Assembly: GCA_003009755.1 (NCBI GenBank)
Contig: PXUB01000007.1
Span: 1 to 46,932, forward strand
From: Thermoplasmatales archaeon SW_10_69_26
GTDB lineage: Archaea; Thermoplasmatota; SW-10-69-26
DNA: 46,932 bases
Direction of reading: 5' to 3'
Both the position numbers and the translations under genes were made by a program. This document shows, in pieces, positions 27,682-37,097 of this stretch (positions are counted from its first letter, which is position 1; each line of letters begins with the position of its first letter). Under the pieces are notes generated by a model, which did not search any database, had not been told where the DNA came from, and saw nothing but the letters and a program-made list of their open reading frames with translations.

Positions 27682-28848
27682 ATGGACTACCGCCCTGGCC
27701 CCGGGTTGCTGTTGACGGCCGCCTTCCTGGGCCCGGGTACCCTCGCCACGGCGACCCTGGCCGGGTCCTCGCTCGGGTACGATCTGTTGTGGACGATCCC
27801 GCTCGCGGTCGGGCTGGCCTTCGTCGTGCAGGAGCTGGCGGCTCGCCTGGGCCTGGCCACCGGCCGACCGCTGGCTCGGGTGATCGCCGAGCGGGGTCCC
27901 GGTTCCTCGGGCACCGCCCGATGGCTGGCCTACGCCTCCGTCGGCGCCGTCGTGCTCGGGGCCGGAGCCTTCCAGGCCGGCAACCTGGCCGGCGCCTCGC
28001 TGGGGTTGACCGTGCTCACCGAAGGCCCCTCCTGGCTGTGGAGCATCGCGGTCGCCGACGTCGCGTTCCTGTTGCTGTGGTTCTCCCGCTACGAGGGTCT
28101 GGAAGCCGTGCTCGGCAGCCTCGTGGCCGTGATGGCGGCCGCCTTCGCGGTGCAACTGGGCCTCCTCGGCATCGACGGGCAGGCCCTCGTGGCCGGCCTG
28201 GTGCCCTCCGTGGACGCCGGCTCGATCGGGCTGGTGCTGGCGCTGGTGGGCACGACCGTGGTGCCGTACAACCTGTTCCTGCACGGCTCGGCGCTGGCGG
28301 CCGACGACGAGCACGGCGAGGGCCGTCTGAGCGCGATGCGCACCGATCTGGGCGTTAGCCTCGTGCTTGGCGGGTTGATCACGGCCAGCGTGCTCGTGGC
28401 CGCCGCCTCCACGATCAAGGGCGCCCGCGTGACGAACGCGGCCGACATGGCGCTGGCCTTGCGCCCGCTGCTGGGCCGGTTGGCCGAGGTCACGATCGGC
28501 CTGGGGCTGGCCGCCGCCGGGTTGACCAGCGCCGTCACCGCGCCGCTGGCCGCCGCGTGGGCCGTCGACCAGTTGCGCGGCCGCGACGCCGAGCGCCCCT
28601 CCCGGGCGGTGTGGGCGCCGGTCTTGCTGATCGGCACGGGGGTCGCGGTGCTGCCGCTGGAGCCGGTCGGGTTGATCGTGACCGCGCAGATCGCCAACGC
28701 GCTCGTGCTCCCGTTGCTCGTGGGCGCCTGCCTGTGGGTCGCCAACCGCGTCGACGCCGACGAGGGCGGCAACGGATGGCTGGCGAACGCGGCCGGGTGG
28801 GCCGCGTTCCTCGTGACGGTGGGACTGGCGGCCGGCTTGCTGGTCTGA
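27682..28848 (+). CDS. Nramp-like (YcsG-type) transporter
   Basis: AAFLGPGT, GYDLLW, QELAARLG, FQAGN and GTTVVPYNLFLH; about 11 TM helices. It lacks the DPGN metal motif. Confidence 0.85.
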   Translation: MDYRPGPGLLLTAAFLGPGTLATATLAGSSLGYDLLWTIPLAVGLAFVVQELAARLGLATGRPLARVIAERGPGSSGTARWLAYASVGAVVLGAGAFQAGNLAGASLGLTVLTEGPSWLWSIAVADVAFLLLWFSRYEGLEAVLGSLVAVMAAAFAVQLGLLGIDGQALVAGLVPSVDAGSIGLVLALVGTTVVPYNLFLHGSALAADDEHGEGRLSAMRTDLGVSLVLGGLITASVLVAAASTIKGARVTNAADMALALRPLLGRLAEVTIGLGLAAAGLTSAVTAPLAAAWAVDQLRGRDAERPSRAVWAPVLLIGTGVAVLPLEPVGLIVTAQIANALVLPLLVGACLWVANRVDADEGGNGWLANAAGWAAFLVTVGLAAGLLV

Positions 28849-28887
28849 GCCCCGAACGTGTTTCAACGGCGGGCCGCATCCGTCCGC

Positions 28888-30900
28888 GTGGCGGAGACCC
28901 TGTTGGCGATCGACGTGGGGGGCACGTTCACCGACGCCGTCCTGGCCGACCCCGGCGGCAGGGTGGCGCGGGCGAAGGCACCGACGACGCCGCGCGATCG
29001 GACCCAAGGCGTGCGCGAGGCCGCCGGCCGCGTGCTGAGGGCAGCCGACGTGGATCCCGGCGCGATCGATCGCGTCGTCCACGGCACGACGACGGCGACC
29101 AACGCCTTGCTCGAGGGCGAGGGCGCCCGCACGGCGCTGGTGACGAACGAGGGCTTCGAGGACGTGCTCGAGGTCGGCCGACAAGCTCGGCCCTCGCTGT
29201 ACGACCTCGACCAGGCGCTCCCGCAGCCGCTGGTGCCGCGCGATCTGCGGTTCGGCGTCTCCGCCCGCATGGGCGCCGACGGTCAGACGCTGGCTCCCGT
29301 CTACCCGGACGAGGTCGCCGGGATCGCCGACGAGGTGCGCCAGCGAGGCGTGGACGCGGTCGCCGTGGGCTTGCTACACGCCCACCGTTCGGCCGAGCAC
29401 GAGCGAGCCATCGCGGACCTGCTGGAGACCGAGCTGGCCGACATCGAGGTGGTGACGAGCGCGGGGACCAGCCCGGAGCCGCGCGAGGTCGAGCGGTTGA
29501 CGACGACCGTCGTGAACGCGATGCTCACCCCGCTCGTCGGGCGGTACCTGGACGAGCTGGCCGACGAGCTGGCCGACGCGGGCATCACGTGCCCGGTCCG
29601 GGTGCTGGACAGCGCCGGCGCGACCGTGCCGCCGCGCGAGATCGCCGAGCGCCCGGTGACCGCCGTGCTCTCCGGCCCGGCTGGCGGCGCCGCGGCGAAC
29701 CGACGGCTGGCACGTGCGGTGGGCGAACCCACCGTGCTGGGCGTCGACGTCGGCGGCACCAGCACCGACGTCAGCCTCGTCCAAGACGGCGAGGCCACGA
29801 CGCGCTGGCGGCTGGAGGTCGCCGGTCGACCCCTGCAGGTGCCGGCCGCGGACGTGCACACGATCGGCGCCGGCGGCGGCTCGATCGCCGGGCGCGACGA
29901 GGCCGGCGGCCTGCGTGTGGGCCCCGAGAGCGCCGGCGCCGACCCGGGCCCGGCCTGCTACGGGCACGGCGGCACGCGCCCGACCGTGACCGACGCCAAC
30001 CTCGTGCTCGACCGCATCCCGCCCAGCGCCGCGCTCGCCGGCGAGCTCGAGCTCGACCGGGAGGCCGCCCGCGAGGCGATCGCCACCCTCGGCGAGGACG
30101 TCGAAGCGCTCGCGGCCGCCATCCTCGACATCGCCGTCGCCCGCACCACGCGCGGTCTGCGCACACTCGTGGCGCGCCACGCCGTCGACCCCGAGCAGGC
30201 CGCCCTGGCCGCCTTCGGCGGGGCTGGCCCGCAGTTCGGAGCCGCCTGGGCCCGCCGGCTGGGCTTCGATCGGTTGCTGGTGCCGGCCGGCGCGGGCGTG
30301 ACCAGCGCCGAGGGCCTGCTGGCGGCACCGGCTCGCGTCGAACGTGCCCAGGGCTTGCTGGTAACGACCGAGGCGCTGGCCGCCAAACGCTACGAGGCCC
30401 TGACCGACGAGCTGGCCCGCGAGGCCCAGGCTCGCCTGCCCGGCGAACCCGCCCGCCTGGTGCACCTGGCCAGCGCCCGCTACGCCGGCCAAAGCCACGA
30501 GCTCACCGTCACCGTGCCCGACGAGGATCCCGCCCGGATCGGGGAGGCCTTCGAGGCTCGCCACGCGGACCAGCACGGCTACACGCTGGACGAGCCGGTC
30601 GAGGTCGTGGCCGTCCGCGTCCGCGCCGAAGCCGAGCCAGCGCTGGCGCCCACGCCGGCGGGCGAGGCCGACGAGCGGGGCCCACCGACGCCGACGGAGA
30701 CCGTCGAGACGACGTTCGTCGGCCACGAGCAGCCCGTCGAGACGCCGGTGGTCGGGGCCGAGCAGCTGTCGGCTGGCGTGGCCTTGCCGGGGCCGGCGAT
30801 CGTCACGAGCCCCGACACGACGACGCTGGTGCCGCCGGACGCCCAGGCTCGCGTGCTGGGCGATGGCACCCTGGAGCTGCGATGGGGGCAGGCCCCGTGA
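28888..30900 (+). CDS. Hydantoinase/5-oxoprolinase subunit A
   Basis: IDVGGTFTD, HGTTTATNALLE, LSGPAGG, DVGGTSTDVS, IGAGGGS and GPESAGADPGPACYG. Confidence 0.95.
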   Translation: MAETLLAIDVGGTFTDAVLADPGGRVARAKAPTTPRDRTQGVREAAGRVLRAADVDPGAIDRVVHGTTTATNALLEGEGARTALVTNEGFEDVLEVGRQARPSLYDLDQALPQPLVPRDLRFGVSARMGADGQTLAPVYPDEVAGIADEVRQRGVDAVAVGLLHAHRSAEHERAIADLLETELADIEVVTSAGTSPEPREVERLTTTVVNAMLTPLVGRYLDELADELADAGITCPVRVLDSAGATVPPREIAERPVTAVLSGPAGGAAANRRLARAVGEPTVLGVDVGGTSTDVSLVQDGEATTRWRLEVAGRPLQVPAADVHTIGAGGGSIAGRDEAGGLRVGPESAGADPGPACYGHGGTRPTVTDANLVLDRIPPSAALAGELELDREAAREAIATLGEDVEALAAAILDIAVARTTRGLRTLVARHAVDPEQAALAAFGGAGPQFGAAWARRLGFDRLLVPAGAGVTSAEGLLAAPARVERAQGLLVTTEALAAKRYEALTDELAREAQARLPGEPARLVHLASARYAGQSHELTVTVPDEDPARIGEAFEARHADQHGYTLDEPVEVVAVRVRAEAEPALAPTPAGEADERGPPTPTETVETTFVGHEQPVETPVVGAEQLSAGVALPGPAIVTSPDTTTLVPPDAQARVLGDGTLELRWGQAP

Positions 30901-32456
30901 GGGTGGACGCGCGCCGGGAGACGTTGCGCCACGAGCTGGCGGCCACGGCCGAGGAGATGGGCGAGGTGTTGACCCGCGCCGCGTTCAGCCCGAACATCAA
31001 GGAGCGGCGCGACCACTCGTGCGCGATCTTCGACGCCCAGGCGCGCCTGTTGGCCCAGGCCGAGCACATCCCCGTGCACCTGGGCTCGATGCCGTTGGCC
31101 GTCGAGGGGATCCTCGACGAGCTGGGGCCCTTGGCGGAGGGCGAGGTCGCCGTGAGCAACGATCCCCGCGCCGGCGGGACCCACCTGCCGGACCTCACGA
31201 TGGTGGCCCCGGTGTTCCACGCGTCCAAGCGGGTGGGCTACCTCGCGGCGCGAGCTCACCACGCCGACGTGGGCGGCTCCTCGGCGGCGAGCATGCCGGC
31301 CTCCGCGAGCACGCTGCAGGCCGAGGGCCTGGTCGTGCCGCCGGTGATCGCGGCCCGGGAGGGCGACTGGGTCGAGGACGTGCGCGAGCTCGTGCTCGCG
31401 AACACGCGGACGAGTCGGGAACGAGCTGGCGACCTGGCCGCCCAGCGCGGTGCCCTGGCCGTCGGCTGCCGGCGGTTGGCCGCCCTGGCCGACCGCCACG
31501 GTCCCGAGCAACTGGCCGCCCGGGGGGCCGCGATCCTCGACCACACCGAAGACCGGGCAAAAGCCCAGCTGCAAGAGGCCGAGGAGGGCACCTGGGAGGC
31601 AAAGACCCCCGTCGAGACGGCCCAGGGGCAGGCCCAGCTGGCCGTCGAGATCACGGTCGACGGCGCCTCGGTCCACGTCGACTACGCCGGCACCGACCCG
31701 GCGCTGGCGGGCAACCTCAACGCGCCGTTCCCGGTCGCCTTGGCCGGCGTGGTGTACGCCAGCCGGGTCGTGCTCGGCGGCGATGTGCCCTCGAACGCGG
31801 GCTTCCGTCGAGTGTTGTCCGTCGAGGCGCCGGCGGGCTCGATCGTGGATCCGCCGCCGGGCGCGGCGGTGGCGGGCGGCAACGTCGAGACCAGCCAGCG
31901 CAACGTCGACGTCCTCTTCGACGCGCTGGCGGGCGCCTTCGATCAGGTGCCCGCGCACAGCCAGGGCACGATGAACAACGTGACGTTGGGCGGCAGGGCG
32001 GACGGTCGGCCCTTCGCCTACTACGAGACGTTGGGCGGCGGCGAGGGGGCCACGCCGCGGCGAGGCGGGGCCAGCGGGCTGCACACGCACATGACGAACA
32101 CGCGCAACACGCCGGCCGAGACGCTCGAGCACCGGCTGCCCTTCCGCGTGCGCGCCCAGCGGCTGCGGCCCGGGACCGGCGGCGAGGGCCGCAACCGGGG
32201 CGGGGACGGGATCGAGCGGGCGATCGAGGTCCTCGTGGACGGGGTCGAGGTCAACCTGCTCACGAACCGTCGACGGACCCGACCGGAAGGCCGAGCCGGC
32301 GGGCAGCCGGGCGCCGCGGGCCGCAACGCGATCCGGCGAGCCGGCGGCGACGTGGAGGAGCTGGGCCCGATCGCGCAGGCCGAGCTGGCGACGGGGGACG
32401 TGTTGGTCGTCGAGACGCCCGGTGGCGGCGGGTACGGGAGCGCCGAGGACGATTGA
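30897..32456 (+). CDS. Hydantoinase B/5-oxoprolinase subunit B
   Basis: FSPNIKERRDHSCA, HIPVHLGSM, NDP..GGTHLPD, AHHADVGG, QGTMNN, HMTNTRNTP and TPGGGGYG. GTGA overlap with subunit A. Confidence 0.95.
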   Translation: MRVDARRETLRHELAATAEEMGEVLTRAAFSPNIKERRDHSCAIFDAQARLLAQAEHIPVHLGSMPLAVEGILDELGPLAEGEVAVSNDPRAGGTHLPDLTMVAPVFHASKRVGYLAARAHHADVGGSSAASMPASASTLQAEGLVVPPVIAAREGDWVEDVRELVLANTRTSRERAGDLAAQRGALAVGCRRLAALADRHGPEQLAARGAAILDHTEDRAKAQLQEAEEGTWEAKTPVETAQGQAQLAVEITVDGASVHVDYAGTDPALAGNLNAPFPVALAGVVYASRVVLGGDVPSNAGFRRVLSVEAPAGSIVDPPPGAAVAGGNVETSQRNVDVLFDALAGAFDQVPAHSQGTMNNVTLGGRADGRPFAYYETLGGGEGATPRRGGASGLHTHMTNTRNTPAETLEHRLPFRVRAQRLRPGTGGEGRNRGGDGIERAIEVLVDGVEVNLLTNRRRTRPEGRAGGQPGAAGRNAIRRAGGDVEELGPIAQAELATGDVLVVETPGGGGYGSAEDD

Positions 32457-32525
32457 GGACCGGCGGGCTCGTCGCGGGAATGGTCGACGGTCCCGCGGCT
32501 GCGGGGTTGGGAGAGACGGAGGAGG

Positions 32526-32598
32526 CGCCCCGGCCGGAATTTGAATCCGGGTCGCGGCCTCGACAGGGCCGCATGATCGGCCACTACACTACCAGGGC
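32526..32598 (-). tRNA. tRNA-Asp (GUC), intronless, CCA not encoded
   Basis: GCCCTGG/CCGGGGC acceptor stem; anticodon arm GCGGCC-CTGTCGA-GGCCGC; T-arm CCGGA-TTCAAAT-TCCGG. Confidence 0.97.
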
Positions 32599-32624
32599 GC
32601 GGGGCCCCGCCAAGGCAGAGGGTG

Positions 32625-32630
32625 TATAAA
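32625..32630 (-). promoter_or_regulatory. TATA box of tRNA-Asp
   Basis: TTTATA on the minus strand 27-32 nt upstream of the tRNA, in a very GC-rich background. Confidence 0.7.
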
Positions 32631-32862
32631 TACCTAACTTGTCGAACTGTTACGCGGTTGGCCTGCTCCACCGCCGCGCTCGGTGCTCCTTGGGGCCTGG
32701 ACACGTCGAGCCCCTGTGACCCCGCGCAAGGGGTCGGGGTTTATCCATCCCCTCCCGCAGAGCCGAGGGTGGCCCCCGGGGACCCTCGGTTCGTCATCCT
32801 CACGGCCCACTCCAACCCGCGGGGGCCACTTCCTCATCCCTCGAGCCCTGCAGTCGCGAGGT

Positions 32863-33348
32863 TCACCAGACGTCGATGTCCAGCCTGTACTCGGCCGGGG
32901 GCGAATCGTAGGTCATCAGGCGCATCCACTCGGTGCTCTCGGGGATCCCCTTGCCATTGAAGATGCTGTCGGTGAGCGCGCCGCCGCGCCAGCACTCCCT
33001 GGCCTGGTCGTTCGCATCGAAGGCGCAAACGAACCACTGAGTGGGCGCCATCTTGTAATTGTAGAGGCGGAAGTCAGCGCCCTCCTCGTAGGCCTCCATC
33101 TGCTCGGAGACGTTCACGTCGAGGAAGGCCACCCCCTCCATGTCCGAACACTCCTTCCAGCCGCACTGCTTGGCGTCCCAGTACGTGGGGAAGGTACCGG
33201 GGATGACCTTGTCCTCGTCGGTGTTCTCGACGTTACTCTTGACACCCCAGACGATCGACGTCGGCCCCTGAGCGACGGCGCTCGAGACAGACATCAGCAG
33301 GACGACGAGCGCGCAAGCGACGGCCAGGATCGAACGAGTCATCTTCAT
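32863..33348 (-). CDS. Secreted hypothetical protein
   Basis: Signal peptide MKMTRSILAVACALVVLLMSVSSAVA; 161 aa with four mature-region Cys. Confidence 0.7.
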   Translation of the reverse strand: MKMTRSILAVACALVVLLMSVSSAVAQGPTSIVWGVKSNVENTDEDKVIPGTFPTYWDAKQCGWKECSDMEGVAFLDVNVSEQMEAYEEGADFRLYNYKMAPTQWFVCAFDANDQARECWRGGALTDSIFNGKGIPESTEWMRLMTYDSPPAEYRLDIDVW

Positions 33349-33544
33349 CGGATCCCTCCGTCCGCCGAGGTCCCCACCTTCAATGCTCTCGAACACCTCG
33401 GGCTCGCCCACCGCCAAGCGCGATCGCGGCCTCGCATCGCCTACCCCTCGGCCGTGTGCCGATCCGTCATAGGCCAGACCTCGCTGGAGCGGCAAAGGCG
33501 TTCCGCCGGCGCGTGGGCCGGCGCCCCTGCCCGTCACCCCAATC

Positions 33545-33589
33545 CTTATATCGAGGATGGACGTAGGCCTCGACCCCGACCCCGGGTGA
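33545..33589 (+). promoter_or_regulatory. rpl15e promoter TATA and SD
   Basis: CTTATAT at 33545-33551; GGGTGA at 33584-33589 before the ATG. Confidence 0.55.
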
Positions 33590-33594
33590 GTCCG

Positions 33595-34185
33595 ATGGCG
33601 CGGAGTTCCTATTCCCACATGGCGGAGCGCTGGAATCGCCCTCGTGATGGCGAGATGCGCGAGCAGACGATGAAGCGGCTGATCCAGTGGCGGCGCGAGC
33701 CGTCGATCCAGCGCGTCGAACGCCCCACGCGTCTCGACCGCGCCCGGTCGCTCGGCTACAAGGCCAAGCAGGGTGTCTGCGTGGCGCGCGTTCGCGTGCG
33801 GCGCGGCGGCCTGCGCAAGTCCCGACCCGACAAGGGTCGTGGCCCGAGCCAGATGGGTGTCAACCGGATCACACCCGCCAAGAGCCTGCAGCGGATCGGC
33901 GAGGAGCGTGCCTCGAAGACGTTCCCGAACCTGCGGGTGCTCAACTCCTACGAGGTCCTCAGCGACGGTCGCCACTACTACTACGAGGTCATCCTCGTGG
34001 ACCCCAACCACCCGGCGATCGAGACCGACGACGACCTCGGTTGGATCTGCGACGACGAACACAAGAACCGCGCCGAGCGGGGCCTGACCTCCGCCGGCAA
34101 GAAGGGTCGCGGGCTCGAGAACAAGGGCAAGGGCGCCGAGAAGGTGCGGCCCAGCGTCCGAGCCAGCGACTCGAAGTCGAAGTAG
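33595..34185 (+). CDS. rpl15e: 50S ribosomal protein L15e
   Basis: WRREPSIQRVERPTRLDRARSLGYKAKQG, NLRVLNSY, YYEVILVDPNHPAI and RGLTSAGKKGRGL. Confidence 0.98.
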   Translation: MARSSYSHMAERWNRPRDGEMREQTMKRLIQWRREPSIQRVERPTRLDRARSLGYKAKQGVCVARVRVRRGGLRKSRPDKGRGPSQMGVNRITPAKSLQRIGEERASKTFPNLRVLNSYEVLSDGRHYYYEVILVDPNHPAIETDDDLGWICDDEHKNRAERGLTSAGKKGRGLENKGKGAEKVRPSVRASDSKSK

Positions 34186-34420
34186 ACCGATCGGTTCCGC
34201 CGGTCACCACCGCCCAGCCCCGCACCGGCGGGTGCGTCGACCGGCTGTGCAACCTGTGCGTGATGCCACCGGTAGCCTCACGCCTGCTTCGAGGTGGACT
34301 GGGGCTGCCCGGCGGGTCGCTCCCAGCCTCCACCCCCACCCTTCGTCCTCCGCCGGGTCGTCGAGCAACCCAGCCGAGCTTGCCGCTCGGGGGCGGGAAG
34401 GATCAGCCCTGGTGCGCCGG

Positions 34421-35080
34421 TCAGCGGACCTGGTTGGGGTCAGGTCCCTCGGCCTCGTTGTCCTCGTCGTCCTCGTCGGCTTGGAGGCCTTGGAGGGCGC
34501 CGGCGATCTCGGCCGGTCGGTGGCCGAGGGCGAGCGTGCCGATCTCCTCGAGCTCGACGGCGCCGGTGCCGTGCAGGGAGGGGAGCACGCGTTTGAGGAC
34601 GGAGAAGGTCGGCCCCTTGACGTCGGGGGCGTGGACGTAGCCGTGGGACATCTCGCGACGCTGGAAGAGGACCTGAGCCAACAGCGATCCCTGCGGGGTC
34701 GGGTCCTCGCCGCCGAAGGTCAACACCATGTGGCGAGGCATGTCGACATCGGCGACGTCGACGTGGTCGTTGGGGTTGCCCACGGGAGCCACGATGACCC
34801 GACGACCGAACCGGGTGGCGATCATGCCGTCCGGATCGTCGAGCGCGGTCTCGAGCGCGTCGGCGAGCTGGTCGAGCTCGCGGTCGACGTCCGGCGGCAG
34901 CGGGCCGGAATCGGCCGCCGACATGACCTGGAACTCCTCGGGGTCCTGGTCCATCACGGGGTCGGGCCCGGGGAGGTCGAACTCGCCGGGCTCGCCGTCG
35001 ATCTCGGCGTCGGCCTCGGCGACGTCGTCCCCCAGTTCGAGGTCGGGGTCCCGGTCGGGGCGCTCCATCACCCTCGCCAT
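34421..35080 (-). CDS. Hypothetical acidic protein
   Basis: 219-aa ORF with host-like codon use, acidic N-terminus and globular-looking C-half. Confidence 0.7.
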   Translation of the reverse strand: MARVMERPDRDPDLELGDDVAEADAEIDGEPGEFDLPGPDPVMDQDPEEFQVMSAADSGPLPPDVDRELDQLADALETALDDPDGMIATRFGRRVIVAPVGNPNDHVDVADVDMPRHMVLTFGGEDPTPQGSLLAQVLFQRREMSHGYVHAPDVKGPTFSVLKRVLPSLHGTGAVELEEIGTLALGHRPAEIAGALQGLQADEDDEDNEAEGPDPNQVR

Positions 35081-35163
35081 GACCCGACCAGCATAAGGGC
35101 TTGGGGCCAGCGAGGCAAGCTCCGCTCGCCGAGCGAGTCCGCGCCCGAGCCCGAGCGCGACCC

Positions 35164-37095
35164 TCACCGCGTCGCGGCCCGGTACAGGCCCTCGCCGGCG
35201 CTGCCGGCCCACAGCGTGCCCTCGCCCGGGTCGTGGGCGATCGCGGTCGGGTCCGCCGGGGGCGTGGCGTCGGTGCAGCTGCCTCGGGCGGGCGCGCCGG
35301 TCGGCGCGCAGGCGTGCAGGCTTTCGTCGTGCTCGAGCGACCAGACGTGTTGGCCGTGGGGGGCCGGTTGGAGCTCGTCGGCCGCGGGTGGGTCGGCCCA
35401 GGGGGTGAGCGGGCCGCCGGGCTGGGGGTTCGTCCACAGCTCGGCGCCGGTCCCGTCGGCGTAGACGTGGCCGGCGTGGGCGGCCAGCGCGGTCACGGCC
35501 TGTGGGGAGGCGGACAGCGGCGTCCAGGCGCCGTTGGCTTGGTGGGCGAGCACGCCGACGTCGGTGGCGGCCAGCAGCGAGGCCGTGGCCTCGTCGTAGG
35601 CGATGGCGTGCACGGCTTCGCCGACCGTGACGAGCGGCGGGTTGGCGCCCAGTTGCAAGACCGGGTCCCAGGTTTCGCCGCCGTCGCGGGTCTCGTAGAC
35701 CTTGCTGGGGGCGAACTCGAGCTGGACGGCGGCCCAGGCGGTCTCCGGGTCGGCCGGGTGGGTCTCGAGGTCGACGACGGTGCCGTCGTTGGTGCCGTCG
35801 AGCACGGTCGTGTCCCAGGTGGCGGTGTCGAGGTCGCCGACCTGGACGTAGGCCAGCCCGTTCCAGTTCGAGCCGCCGGCGTAGATGGTCTCGGCGGCGG
35901 GCGTGGCGGCGGCCGCGTCGACGCCGGTGAGGCCGATGCCGGCGCCGGTGTGCTGCCAACTCGAGCCCCGATCGGTGCTGGCCCACAGGCCCAGCAGGCC
36001 GCCGGCCAGCAGCACGTCGCCGCGAGGGGCGGTCTCGACGGTTCGCAGGGGGGCTGGCGTGAAGCCCTCCGAGCGGCCCTCGAAGGTGAACCCGCCCCGC
36101 TCGCCGGGGCCGATCCAGTTGACGCCCAGCGTCTCGTCGGTGAAGAACACGGCGTCGGGTTCGGCGGGGTCGGCCACCATGCCGGTGGCTTGCCAGCTGA
36201 GCTCCCCGACGCCCATGTCGGTCCACGTCTGGCCCGCGTCGCGGGTCAGCCAGACGCCCTCGTTCGTGGCGGCGTAGAGGCCGCCCTCGGGGTGGGCCGC
36301 CATGGCGTTGACGGCGGGGACGTCCTCGATCGTCTCCCACGTCTGGCCGCCGTCGGTGGAGCGTTGGAACGGGCCGAAGCCGTGGCGCCAGATCGTGCCG
36401 TCCGGTTCGGCGGCGAGGCCGCGGGCGCCGGTGTCTTGCTCGATCCAGGTCTCGCCGGCGTCGGTGGTGACCCAGGTGGTGCCGAGGTCGGCCAGCACGA
36501 GGTGGTCCTCGGTGGGGCCGAAGACCAGGCCCTCGAGGGCGGCGTCACCCTGGTAGGGGGTCTCGATCGTGGTCCAGGTCTCGCCGCCGTCGTCGGAGAG
36601 CACGAGGTGTTGGGGGGCGCCGGGGCTCGGTTGGACGCTGGCGGCGACGGCGCCGGTGCTCGAGACGGCCATCACGCGGGAGAGGTAGGCGTCGACGGCC
36701 GTCTCCCAGGTCTGACCGGCGTCGGTCGATCGGGCGATGCCGCCGTTGCCGGCGAGGTAGGACTTCGCGGGATCGGTGGGGTCGAAGGCGACGTCGGCGG
36801 TGGTCACGCCGGGGTCTTGGGTCCGGGTCCAGGTGTGGCCACCGTCGGTGGATCGCAGCGTGCCCTCCCGCCAGGTGCTGACGACGAGGGCCTCCCCGCT
36901 GGCCCCGACGTCGGCGGCGGGTCCGGCCGTGGGCGATGGGGCCGGTTGCCAGGCGAGGGCGGCGGGGTCGCCGGGCGTGGCCACGGTGTCGTCGGCGAAC
37001 TGGGCGAGGCCGGCCGTGGCCATCGCGGTGGTCAAGGCGAGGGCGAGCAGGCCGGCGATCAGGGTCCAAGGGGGGCTGTTGCGCGTCATCGTCAT
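35164..37095 (-). CDS. Secreted BNR/Vps10 (YCF48-like) beta-propeller protein (paralogue 1)
   Basis: Signal peptide; many S/T-x-D-x-G-x-T-W Asp boxes. Confidence 0.85.
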   Translation of the reverse strand: MTMTRNSPPWTLIAGLLALALTTAMATAGLAQFADDTVATPGDPAALAWQPAPSPTAGPAADVGASGEALVVSTWREGTLRSTDGGHTWTRTQDPGVTTADVAFDPTDPAKSYLAGNGGIARSTDAGQTWETAVDAYLSRVMAVSSTGAVAASVQPSPGAPQHLVLSDDGGETWTTIETPYQGDAALEGLVFGPTEDHLVLADLGTTWVTTDAGETWIEQDTGARGLAAEPDGTIWRHGFGPFQRSTDGGQTWETIEDVPAVNAMAAHPEGGLYAATNEGVWLTRDAGQTWTDMGVGELSWQATGMVADPAEPDAVFFTDETLGVNWIGPGERGGFTFEGRSEGFTPAPLRTVETAPRGDVLLAGGLLGLWASTDRGSSWQHTGAGIGLTGVDAAAATPAAETIYAGGSNWNGLAYVQVGDLDTATWDTTVLDGTNDGTVVDLETHPADPETAWAAVQLEFAPSKVYETRDGGETWDPVLQLGANPPLVTVGEAVHAIAYDEATASLLAATDVGVLAHQANGAWTPLSASPQAVTALAAHAGHVYADGTGAELWTNPQPGGPLTPWADPPAADELQPAPHGQHVWSLEHDESLHACAPTGAPARGSCTDATPPADPTAIAHDPGEGTLWAGSAGEGLYRAATR

Positions 37096-37097
37096 CC

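Noticed and set aside
32526-32598. tRNA-Asp as attachment site of an integrated element
   Set aside because: No duplicate of the tRNA 3' end and no integrase was seen in the window.
32700-32835. Cluster of GC-rich hairpins; similar ones at 19985-20015 and 34195-34335
   Set aside because: Short GC stems are expected by chance or as terminator-like elements, and no conserved motif supports an RNA gene.
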